From the NCBI GenBank assembly GCA_051883515.1, contig JBJETW010000009.1, positions 64,421 to 128,420 on the forward strand: a stretch of DNA of 64,000 nt, read 5' to 3'. The notes below the pieces were generated by a model, which was given only the letters and a program-made list of their open reading frames with translations, searched no databases and was not told where the DNA came from. This document shows, one piece after another, positions 21,156-29,220 of the stretch. This DNA is from Candidatus Onthoplasma sp. GTDB taxonomy: Bacteria; Bacillota; Clostridia; Christensenellales; UBA1242. Position 1 is the stretch's first letter. Each line of letters opens with the position of its first letter. Made by a program: the position numbers and the translations under genes.

Positions 21156-21309
21156 TTTGTCTTTCGGACGAAAGCGAAAAGAAACGAAAAGGGATAATTT
21201 GCTTAAATTTTTTAATATTTATTTTTATTGTCAAGGGTTGCCTTAAAGCAATACATTTTACCCTTGACAATAAAGAGTTTTCGTTTAGACTTCGCTTACG
21301 AAAGACAAT
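21156..21309. repeat. nested inverted repeats between recombinase and rep genes
   Basis: Outer ATTGTCTTTCG (21156-66)/CGAAAGACAAT (21299-309); inner 12-bp ATTGTCAAGGGT (21227-38)/ACCCTTGACAAT (21260-71). Confidence 0.75.
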
Positions 21310-22184
21310 CAATAACCCTTTGGCAATTTATTTATTAGTTCTTTATCTTTGCTTACTTGACCTAAAAATTCGCCAGTTTCAAAGTCCAAGCATTTGAAAT
21401 CATCAAACAAAAGTATTTTTCTATCTTCTTGACCGATAGTGCAAACAACATCTTCTTCTACAATGTCAGTTATGAAATATGTTTGTAAGTGTCTTGAATA
21501 AATGACTTTCTCGCCAGTTTTGTTAATGTATTTGGTTATATAACTTACTGCATCTTGAATACTATTTTCATCTAGTGGTCTAAAATCATTTCTTCCAAAT
21601 CTTTCTAAAAAATGTGTATTTTGTAATGCTATTTGCATTTGGTGTGTTTTAGTAGAATAATCTTTTGTTTCAATAATCTCGCCAACCATTTGTGGTATTA
21701 AGAATATTCCGTGAAAATGTAATCGTTTAAGGTCAGGACTTCGTTCAAAAACTCCTACATATTTCCATTTTTTCCTATATGCTAAATGATTTAAGCAATT
21801 TAATAATTTCGTTCTAAATTCTTCTTCAGTTAATTTGGTAGAGTCATAAGTAAAAGTGCAAAAGTGAGTCCATTGTTGTAATCTAATTTTTCTAATCAAT
21901 CTTGTATATCTAACAATTCTATTTCTTTTATCTTTTTCCAGTGTTTTATTTACCAATTCAGTAGATTTTTCAATATCTTTAATTTCTTCATTAACTTTGT
22001 TTATTGTGTTTTCTAATTTTTCTTTCTTCGTTCCTGTGCTTTCTTTGTATATTTCTTTTACTTTTTCTTCTCTTGTATCTTTTTCTTTAGGTTTGTTTTT
22101 TCTTTTCTTATGTGGTTGTGTTGTGTGAGGTATGCCAATGTAATGACTACCATCAAAATACACTTTAGTTTTTGGATAGTCCAT
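21309..22184 (-). CDS. HUH-superfamily rolling-circle Rep/relaxase-like protein
   Basis: Motif order FCTFTY ... RLHFHGIF (HUH) ... VSYITKYINK (YxxKY). Confidence 0.7.
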   Translation of the reverse strand: MDYPKTKVYFDGSHYIGIPHTTQPHKKRKNKPKEKDTREEKVKEIYKESTGTKKEKLENTINKVNEEIKDIEKSTELVNKTLEKDKRNRIVRYTRLIRKIRLQQWTHFCTFTYDSTKLTEEEFRTKLLNCLNHLAYRKKWKYVGVFERSPDLKRLHFHGIFLIPQMVGEIIETKDYSTKTHQMQIALQNTHFLERFGRNDFRPLDENSIQDAVSYITKYINKTGEKVIYSRHLQTYFITDIVEEDVVCTIGQEDRKILLFDDFKCLDFETGEFLGQVSKDKELINKLPKGY

Positions 22185-22299
22185 TTTGCACCTCGCTTTT
22201 CCTGTGTAGCAACATTTGATTTAACATTGCCACAAAGAACTCGTTGTCAATAACGGATAAGTCCAACTCGTTCACAAATTCGATTTTTAAGTTTTGCAT
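22165..22299 (-). CDS. possible 44-aa ORF overlapping the rep start
   Basis: GGAG 10 nt upstream of the ATG; MQNLKIEFVNELDLSVIDNEFFVAMLNQMLLHRKSEVQNGLSKN; overlaps rep by 20 nt; below the track cutoff. Confidence 0.3.
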   Translation of the reverse strand: MQNLKIEFVNELDLSVIDNEFFVAMLNQMLLHRKSEVQNGLSKN

Positions 22300-22330
22300 A
22301 AATTTTTAACTCCTTTTTTTAGATTTTTGG

Positions 22331-22371
22331 AGTCAAAAAAGACATAGAAAAAGTTTTTAGTTTTTTCTATG
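22331..22371 (-). terminator. intrinsic terminator-like hairpin upstream of small ORF/rep
   Basis: 10-bp stem CATAGAAAAA/TTTTTCTATG followed on the minus strand by TCTTTTTT. Confidence 0.6.
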
Positions 22372-22800
22372 CCTAAAATGCTAACTCTGCCTTGTATTAA
22401 CCCCAAGGACGGGTTTTGGGCTTTTTTATTCGCCACTATCTTAACTTATTACTCGTCTTTGTCAATTTAGGTTTCTTATTCGACTCAGTGTAATGTCCCA
22501 AGCTTGTGATTACACAAAAAGCATATTCCAAAGTTTTGAAAAAGTGAATGTATGGTCAAGGTAAATGTTGGTTATATACTAGTGTAATTTTTGTATTAGG
22601 TGGCATTTACATTCTTACATTAGTATAAAACTCAAAGAAATACCATTGACTCTATACTTACCATTAACTTAAACTTAATTGAGTAAATATATTTTTTGTG
22701 CTGACTTGGTAATTACATTTTGAAGGTATCATAAAGTAACATATCTTTACCATAAACTTTTCATTCGTTTATGTATCATTTGTGTATCAAAATTATAACA

Positions 22801-23120
22801 CCCTCTATATAAAAGGCACGAGAAAGGCAAAAATAAACCCCCTAAGTGTCAATTTTTTTGAAATTTGCTTAAATTTTGTGAAAATTGCACATAAAATTGA
22901 TACCATTACACTTATAAGCCACGAAGATAACAAAAGTTCGTGGTTTGAGTAAAAATTTCTTATACCTTCTATATATAAGCCACGAAATAAGTAAAAAGTT
23001 TCCATTTAGTATCAAATTTTTTGAAATGCCTTCTATATATAAACCACTAAAAGTGTGATTTGAGGGGGTATAAAAAGACAACTTTTTTTGATTATCATAC
23101 CTTCACTTAATAGCCACGAA
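22801..23120. repeat. five degenerate iteron-like direct repeats
   Basis: Core (T/C)CTTCTATATATAAGCCACGAA at about 22801, 22901, 22963, 23027 and 23098; last four spaced 62-71 bp. Confidence 0.7.
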
Positions 23121-23155
23121 AATTGCAAAAATTGACGGTCTAATATAAAATTTTA

Positions 23156-23779
23156 TTAAATACAATATGCAAGGTATCTATCTTTAAACTTTTTTCTGCG
23201 TTTATATACCTTGTCTGAACTAATATCTAAAAATTCTGCTATATATTTTGGTTCAACACCATTGTAGTAATATTCCAGTATTTGCATTTCAAGTTTTGTT
23301 GTTACTATTTTTCGTATAATCTCATTTGCTTTAGAATAATCTACTTGTTCTTCAAACTGGTCTTTTGCTGGTAAAAATTCAAGCAATTCTTCATTTTCAG
23401 TATTTCCATTTTTAAGTTCTTTTCGTATGTATGCAGATAAACTTTTAAAACAAGCATTTCGTATAGTTATTATTTGTGGTTGTTTCACTGTTGGTTTTAT
23501 GTAAGTGCAATAATCTCCAAGTCTTTTATCTAAAAACTTTAATAGGAACAAACTTGCTTCTTGAACTAAATCATAAGCATCAGAATAGCAATCCAATTCT
23601 TTATGATGAGCAATATCATATTGTAATTGCTTGTGTAATCTTTCAATTTTACTAGTATTAGAGTAAGCATAATTCTTAAAATGTTTTAAACTGCTTATAG
23701 CAATAATTTTAGATAACTTTTCTATGTTATCCATTGTGATGATTGTGTTATCATCTAAAATACCAATTCTTTTTTCCAT
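23156..23779 (-). CDS. sigma-70-family/region-4 HTH regulator
   Basis: Region-2-like DLVQEASLFLLKF and region-4-like LEMQILEYYYNGVEPKYIAEFLDISSDKVYKRRKKF. Confidence 0.6.
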   Translation of the reverse strand: MEKRIGILDDNTIITMDNIEKLSKIIAISSLKHFKNYAYSNTSKIERLHKQLQYDIAHHKELDCYSDAYDLVQEASLFLLKFLDKRLGDYCTYIKPTVKQPQIITIRNACFKSLSAYIRKELKNGNTENEELLEFLPAKDQFEEQVDYSKANEIIRKIVTTKLEMQILEYYYNGVEPKYIAEFLDISSDKVYKRRKKFKDRYLAYCI

Positions 23780-23797
23780 AACAATTTTCTCCTTATT

Positions 23798-23986
23798 CGC
23801 CTTTTGGCAAAGTGGCTTAGGAGCATAGTTTGGCTAAAAAGAAAAACCCTTGTATTATCTAATACAAGAGTCAAGGATAAAGAAAGAAATATTGTGTTTA
23901 AGGAAATTGCATTAGGTGTAACCTAAAAGCAATATTTGTTTCCCTTGACTAAGGGGAAAACTATGCTACAAAAGACACCAAAAGCG
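23798..23986. other. ~190-nt extended imperfect hairpin (5 nested helices + side hairpin)
   Basis: Pairs CGCCTTTTGG/CCAAAAGCG, GCATAGTTT/AAACTATGC, GTCAAGG/CCTTGAC, AAATATTG/CAATATTT, TTAGG/CCTAA; side hairpin CTTGTATTA/TAATACAAG. Confidence 0.65.
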
Positions 23987-24362
23987 ATAAGGAGATATGT
24001 GAAAACATAGATACAAGAATTTGGAATAAATTTAAAAACTCATAAAGTTTTAATTTGTGTATATGCAAATATGTTTTTGTAGCATAAAAATAGCCGAGTG
24101 GAATAAAAAAAGAGGTTTTGCAGAAAGCCTGCGTGCAAACCTCTTTTTCACTCGGCGTTTTGCTTTAGCAATTTGCCTTGTTTTATTTAGTTTTTTGTTT
24201 AGGCGTGTGTTTGTCTGTTCGAGCGAAGCGAGAACACTTGTATCAAGACAAGCACACGTTTAAATGCCAAAGTTTTTATAAATATCTATACAGTCTAATC
24301 AATAATGTGCTATACTAATATAAAGGATTAATTTAAATTTATATCGTGATTAGGAGGAAAAA

Positions 24363-24974
24363 ATGATTGAAATTTTATTTTCAATACCGATTTATGCTTT
24401 TAGTGAAGATGTATTACATAAAAATTATCAAAAATGTTTAAATGGGTCTATTCAACATGTAAACAATGGAGATACAGAATTACAAAAACGAATTCACTTT
24501 AATTCAAATCATAAAAACCAGTTAATCTATAAAAATTATATAATTGGTTTTTTAGATGTAGTTTATGATAAGGGTGATATAACGTTTGACAGATATTTAA
24601 TGACAACAGATAAGAGCATGTATACAAATAAAGAAAGAAAAAAGATGTTCCTTCAATTAGAATCCGAAAGTTTATCTAAAAAAGATCGCGATTTATTATG
24701 GTATAAATGGCAAGCAACAAAGAAAGTTTTATATAGAATGAGCTATGGAACCAATAAGAAACATTATATGGGAAATGAAAAAATATCTGGCTTTCATATT
24801 TATAATTTAAGCGGGAGATCAAATTCAGAGATATTATTAGAGTTGGAAGAAGATATTAATTCAATAGTGAATGATACAAAGCAAATATATGGCAATACTT
24901 TATATTTTGATTTTAGAAATTTTAACTTTATAAAGAAGTATATTGATTTTAATCATTTATTTAATAGTAACTAA
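24363..24974 (+). CDS. hypothetical protein (cargo gene 1)
   Basis: AGGAGG SD; 203 aa; no motif recognised; 62 nt upstream of cargo gene 2. Confidence 0.6.
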   Translation: MIEILFSIPIYAFSEDVLHKNYQKCLNGSIQHVNNGDTELQKRIHFNSNHKNQLIYKNYIIGFLDVVYDKGDITFDRYLMTTDKSMYTNKERKKMFLQLESESLSKKDRDLLWYKWQATKKVLYRMSYGTNKKHYMGNEKISGFHIYNLSGRSNSEILLELEEDINSIVNDTKQIYGNTLYFDFRNFNFIKKYIDFNHLFNSN

Positions 24975-25036
24975 TAAACAATGAACTTGTTTTAGTTAAA
25001 ATATTACTAATTAAACTTTGGAGTGAATATTTTGAA

Positions 25037-27607
25037 ATGAGAACACATTTTGATAAAGAACAACTATGGAATAATATAAAAAATTGCGGTATCTTTAATA
25101 GTTATGAAGAATTTTTAGATAAATCGAATGATTACCTCGGCTGTTTTGTATGGAGAAAATACCCTTCTGAACCATGGATAAAAGACAACATTTTTATCGG
25201 CTCACATGAAGAGTTACTTATTTGGTATAAAACAAATACAGAGGTTCCGTTTTTTTATAGTAAATTTAAAAACAAAAAATACAAATCATTATTAATAAAA
25301 GATTTTTATGTTAATTTTGTCGATGGTAAAAGAGTGATTTTTGCACAATGCATATGCGACTGCGGAAACAAATGTTGTAAGGCTTTTGAAGGAATACGCA
25401 AAGGAAATACTGGTACTTGTGGCTGTCGTGGTAAAAAGCAAGAACAAAGTCTAATTGAAGCATACCCCGAAATGGTTGAAAAATATTGGGACTTTAAGAA
25501 AAATTGTGCTGAACCAAATTCTATAAAATATAATTCGGATACGAAATATCTTTGGAAGGGATACAATACAAGTTTTTTGATGTCTCCAAAAGAGCTGTTA
25601 AAAAATCTTAATAATTCTACTTCTTTTCCAGAACAGTCGATTGTTTTTTTCTTAAAACAGTACTTCAATAATGTTGAAAGCAGAACAAAAATATTATATA
25701 ACAATAAAAAATACGAATTAGACATCTATATGCCAGAGTTTAAGATTGGAATAGAATATGATGGGGAAAGATGGCATAAAGACAAGTATGAACAGGAAAT
25801 TGAAAAGAATAATGCCGCAATTGCTAACGGAATATATTTGATTCGAGTTCGAGAATCTGGATTGAAAATAATTAAATCTAAGAATGTAAAAAATATTATA
25901 TGTGATATTGAAAATTATACGTATTATGAAGCTATTGCTAATTGTATTAATGAAATATTTGATTTTCTAAAAGCAAAATTGAATTTGAGCAATTTTCATA
26001 ATATAACAAAGCATAATATTATACAAAGTAAAATACAAATAATGTCGCAATATATGTTAAACTTTAAAGAGGATTCAATAGAGTTATCATGGCTTAATCA
26101 ATTTTGGTCCGACAGTAATCAAATTGAGGCATATAAGGTTTCGCAAAATTCTTCAGATCGGTTTGATTTTAAATGTCATAATGGTGAAAAAATAAATATC
26201 CCCCCATATGTTGTTAATAATGTTTTGAATAGATTAAAGGATGAACAACAAAACGAATTTAAAGAAAAATTGCTATATAAAGGGATTACGGGAGATGATT
26301 ATTGCCCTTTCGTAGATCTTCCTTATTGTCCTTGTAATCGTATTTATCATAATGAAGATTGTAAGCCTTGCCAACTTTTTGATAACTATAAAAATAATAC
26401 AATTTATGCAACTCCTTTTAAAGAAACAGAAAAAACATTTAATGTGACTTTTAAAAAAGTTGCAGAAGATATTGATTCATCAACAAACAAATATCATTTT
26501 AGAACAGCATTAATTAATTTGTTAATGTATAAAATCGGTAATAGAGATAGAGTTATAAATAAATTTTGTAAATCTGATATAATCTCTGACAATCAAAAAG
26601 TTGTTTTATTGAGTAATTGTATTTATTGGCCAGAATTTGAATATATAACAACCAAAAAGTTATTTGAAAATAGTTCATTATTGCAGTTGTTTTTCACAAA
26701 CTACGATTATAATAAAATTTCATTTATGGACGAAAATATACTTGATTTATTTCACGAATATGTTATTTATGATATTTTAAAATCGTTAGTATTAATGAAA
26801 GATTTTGATTTGTTAGAAAAAGCATTGAATATAATAAAACAAAATGTAGAAGCAAATTTTTTTATTAATATTGTCTATGCTCTAGTTTTACAGATTGTGT
26901 TAAAATCAGGTGAAAAGTTTAATAAACTATTTAATCGTAAGCAAGGATTTATATCATTTTATAACTTATTAAACAACTTATTCGAAAACGAAATACCGCA
27001 TCGCATTAAAAGTATTTTTGAAGAATTTTTATGTGGAGACGATGTGGTTGATATTCAATATAAAATACAATGTTCATATTTCGGAGATTTAATAGATAAA
27101 TTGATTATAAAAAAATCTATTGATAAAGAAATTTTAGTTAAAATAGCTTTAAAATTTGAGAAAACGACAAAATTTACCCAGTTTATCAAATCTAAAATTT
27201 TAAAATATAAAAAATCAATACCATTAGAGTTAATAAAACCATTAAATTCATTAGCGGATATACAGAATAGCTATAATGATTATTTGGCTAGATGTAATTC
27301 TATGATTCCTTGTAAAAATTGGGTTATAGACTTGACAGATATTAAAGATATTAAACTGTTGAATAGTTTGATTCGACAAAATTTGTTATTTAAATTTGAC
27401 TATGAATTAGTTATTAAGAAAAAGAAATACGATATCTTTGAAAAGTTTATTCAATTAATAAGTGCACAAGAAATTTGTGTAGATGACTTTATATGCAATA
27501 AAGAACACATTGCACAATTATTAAAAAAAACAAAAAGGCAAAATTTAGTAAAATTTGCAGATGATATAAGTAAAAATTCTATTCTCGGCAGGAAAAAATA
27601 TAATTAG
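25037..27607 (+). CDS. 856-aa zinc-ribbon-like / PD-(D/E)xK (Vsr/DUF559-type) nuclease-domain protein with large uncharacterised helical C-terminal region (cargo gene 2)
   Basis: CICDCGNKCC..TGTCGC; YWDFKKNCAEPN...LWKG and FWSDSNQIEAYKV...FKCHNG modules flanking YELDIYMPEFKIGIEYDGERWHKD. Confidence 0.6.
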   Translation: MRTHFDKEQLWNNIKNCGIFNSYEEFLDKSNDYLGCFVWRKYPSEPWIKDNIFIGSHEELLIWYKTNTEVPFFYSKFKNKKYKSLLIKDFYVNFVDGKRVIFAQCICDCGNKCCKAFEGIRKGNTGTCGCRGKKQEQSLIEAYPEMVEKYWDFKKNCAEPNSIKYNSDTKYLWKGYNTSFLMSPKELLKNLNNSTSFPEQSIVFFLKQYFNNVESRTKILYNNKKYELDIYMPEFKIGIEYDGERWHKDKYEQEIEKNNAAIANGIYLIRVRESGLKIIKSKNVKNIICDIENYTYYEAIANCINEIFDFLKAKLNLSNFHNITKHNIIQSKIQIMSQYMLNFKEDSIELSWLNQFWSDSNQIEAYKVSQNSSDRFDFKCHNGEKINIPPYVVNNVLNRLKDEQQNEFKEKLLYKGITGDDYCPFVDLPYCPCNRIYHNEDCKPCQLFDNYKNNTIYATPFKETEKTFNVTFKKVAEDIDSSTNKYHFRTALINLLMYKIGNRDRVINKFCKSDIISDNQKVVLLSNCIYWPEFEYITTKKLFENSSLLQLFFTNYDYNKISFMDENILDLFHEYVIYDILKSLVLMKDFDLLEKALNIIKQNVEANFFINIVYALVLQIVLKSGEKFNKLFNRKQGFISFYNLLNNLFENEIPHRIKSIFEEFLCGDDVVDIQYKIQCSYFGDLIDKLIIKKSIDKEILVKIALKFEKTTKFTQFIKSKILKYKKSIPLELIKPLNSLADIQNSYNDYLARCNSMIPCKNWVIDLTDIKDIKLLNSLIRQNLLFKFDYELVIKKKKYDIFEKFIQLISAQEICVDDFICNKEHIAQLLKKTKRQNLVKFADDISKNSILGRKKYN

Positions 27608-27638
27608 GTGGTATGAAATATCATCATACCCCTTTTTG
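27607..27638 (+). terminator. intrinsic terminator after cargo gene 2
   Basis: GGTATGA/TCATACC stem plus T5. Confidence 0.7.
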
Positions 27639-27838
27639 AAATGTGAAATTGATTTTTAATTTCAACATATTTAATATCATCATAATTAAATTTGAATACA
27701 TTATAATAGAATTTTAAGTATAAATCATTATTCATGATATTTGTAAGAAAACTATGTATATAAGTAAATTCCAAACCAATCTCTACTAAAAAATAACACG
27801 AACTTTGAGTTGTTTTCAAGGTTCGTGTTATTCATGTT

Positions 27839-27894
27839 TGGTGCCGGTGGACGGGGTCGAACCGTCATGATGTTGCCATCGCAAGATTTTGAGT
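27839..27894 (-). pseudogene. displaced 3' 56 nt of tRNA-Leu(CAA) (att repeat copy)
   Basis: Identical by eye to 32070-32125; ends in the anticodon loop. Confidence 0.9.
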
Positions 27895-28209
27895 TATTTT
27901 AACACTTTTTTAAATAGTATTATAGAGTGTTATTTTTGATTATATAAATCCTTACAAAACCCCTATAAATAAAGGAAATTCTTGACACTGACTGATTAGA
28001 TAATCCCTTATAGTGTTATCTTCTATTCAGCCTGTGTTTTTTAGTGTTTGCCGGAACTTTTACCATTTTTTGTTAGAAAAGTTAATAAATTCTGTCACTG
28101 TTTCTTGAATTTGAGAATTTCATATACTATAATAAATTTGTAATAATTAAAGTTGTAAGGTTGTTCATAATTGTTGTGAATAACCTTTTGTATTAATAAG
28201 GAGACAATT

Positions 28210-28635
28210 ATGGACAAGTGGGAAAAAGAAATGATTGAAAACAATAAACGAGCGTCAGCAGAGACTGAAAGAATTAATAATGAGATTTTGCAAATTCCAA
28301 GTTATTTAACAGATGAAGAAAAAGTTGCTTACGGCGAAATTGTACAAACATTAAAAGACAGCATTAAATATAGATTATCTTCCACTGATGCTGAACTTAT
28401 ATGGCAATATTGTCAAATAAAGATAATGAGAGATAGGGCTTGGCGAGAATATAATAAAAATCCAGATAGATATATTAGAATTGTTACAGGAATTTGCAGT
28501 GATGGAAAAACTCCAAAAGTTATGGTTAAAGAAAACGAGCATTATAAAACCTTAATTGACTGCAACAAACAACTTGAAAAGATATTAAAGGATTTGAGAT
28601 TGACGCCAGAAGCAAGAGCTAAAAAGAGATTTTAG
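28210..28635 (+). CDS. phage terminase small subunit, P27-family-like
   Basis: Size (141 aa) and C-terminal LRLTPEARAKKRF resemble the P27 TerS pattern (ELGLTPSSR). Confidence 0.65.
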   Translation: MDKWEKEMIENNKRASAETERINNEILQIPSYLTDEEKVAYGEIVQTLKDSIKYRLSSTDAELIWQYCQIKIMRDRAWREYNKNPDRYIRIVTGICSDGKTPKVMVKENEHYKTLIDCNKQLEKILKDLRLTPEARAKKRF

Positions 28636-28677
28636 AACACAAGCATTTTTGTTTGTGTTCTTTTAAAGGGAGAATTT

Positions 28678-29220
28678 ATGGAAGAATTAAAAATAGAATA
28701 TATAGAAATTGAAAAATTAAATCATTATGATAACAACTCAAAAATTCACACAAAAGAACAAATTGAACATATTGCTAACTCAATAAAAGAATTTGGATTT
28801 AATGACCCGTTAGGAATTGCAGGAGAAGATAATATTGTTTTAGAAGGCAATGGACGTGTAGAGGCTGCAAAGTTGTTAGGAATGAAAAAACTCCCTTGTG
28901 TTAGGCTCGACCATTTGACAAAAGAAGAACAACAAGCTTATATCATTGCACATAATTCTTTAAATTTAGAAACAGGTTTTGATGATGGGATATTATTCCA
29001 AGAATTAAAGAGATTACAAGAATTTGATTTCACAGACTTTGGCATTGATGTTGATAAATATCTAAAAACTTGCATTAGAGTTCAAAAAAGATTGTTGAAA
29101 CCCATAAAGAAGGTTCACTATTTGATTAGTATAGATATAAATAAAAATGACCAAATAGCACACCTGATTGACAGAATAAAAAGAATTGAAGGAGTAGAAA
29201 TTGAGTCCACAACCAACTAA
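28678..29220 (+). CDS. ParB/Srx-fold N-terminal domain protein (no methylase domain)
   Basis: IEIEKLNHYDNNSKIHTKEQIEHIANSIKEFGFNDPL...LEGNGRVEAAKLLG typical of ParB-like nuclease domains fused to phage DNA methylases. Confidence 0.75.
   Translation: MEELKIEYIEIEKLNHYDNNSKIHTKEQIEHIANSIKEFGFNDPLGIAGEDNIVLEGNGRVEAAKLLGMKKLPCVRLDHLTKEEQQAYIIAHNSLNLETGFDDGILFQELKRLQEFDFTDFGIDVDKYLKTCIRVQKRLLKPIKKVHYLISIDINKNDQIAHLIDRIKRIEGVEIESTTN

Larger units (their letters stand above)
19611..27838. mobile_element. 8.2-kb integrative element (serine recombinase + HUH Rep + sigma-like regulator + 2-gene cargo) inserted in a displaced tRNA-Leu 3' copy
   Basis: Deleting 19611-27838 rejoins 19573-19610 and 27839-27894 into the 88-bp block seen intact at 32038-32125; 6-bp TGGTGC at both junctions. 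Confidence 0.8.

Noticed and set aside
22805-23081. Track ORFs 22805-23005(-) and 22869-23081(-) in the element
   Set aside because: They lie entirely inside the iteron-like repeats, their peptide repeats mirror the DNA repeats, and they have no SD.
22801-23120. Iteron array as a CRISPR array
   Set aside because: The repeats are degenerate (not near-identical), the spacing is irregular (100, 62, 64, 71 bp), the repeats are not palindromic CRISPR-like units, and no cas genes are in the window.
24057-24263. Track ORF of 68 aa between the sigma-like gene and the cargo
   Set aside because: It is composed of the arms of two strong hairpins, lacks an SD and has arginine/phenylalanine-rich junk-like composition.
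29188-29220. ParB-like and methyltransferase-like ORFs as one gene split by a frameshift
   Set aside because: The downstream frame opens only at 29198, just after an in-frame TAG. It has its own AAGGAG 6 nt before a TTG start, so translational coupling of two genes is the better reading.
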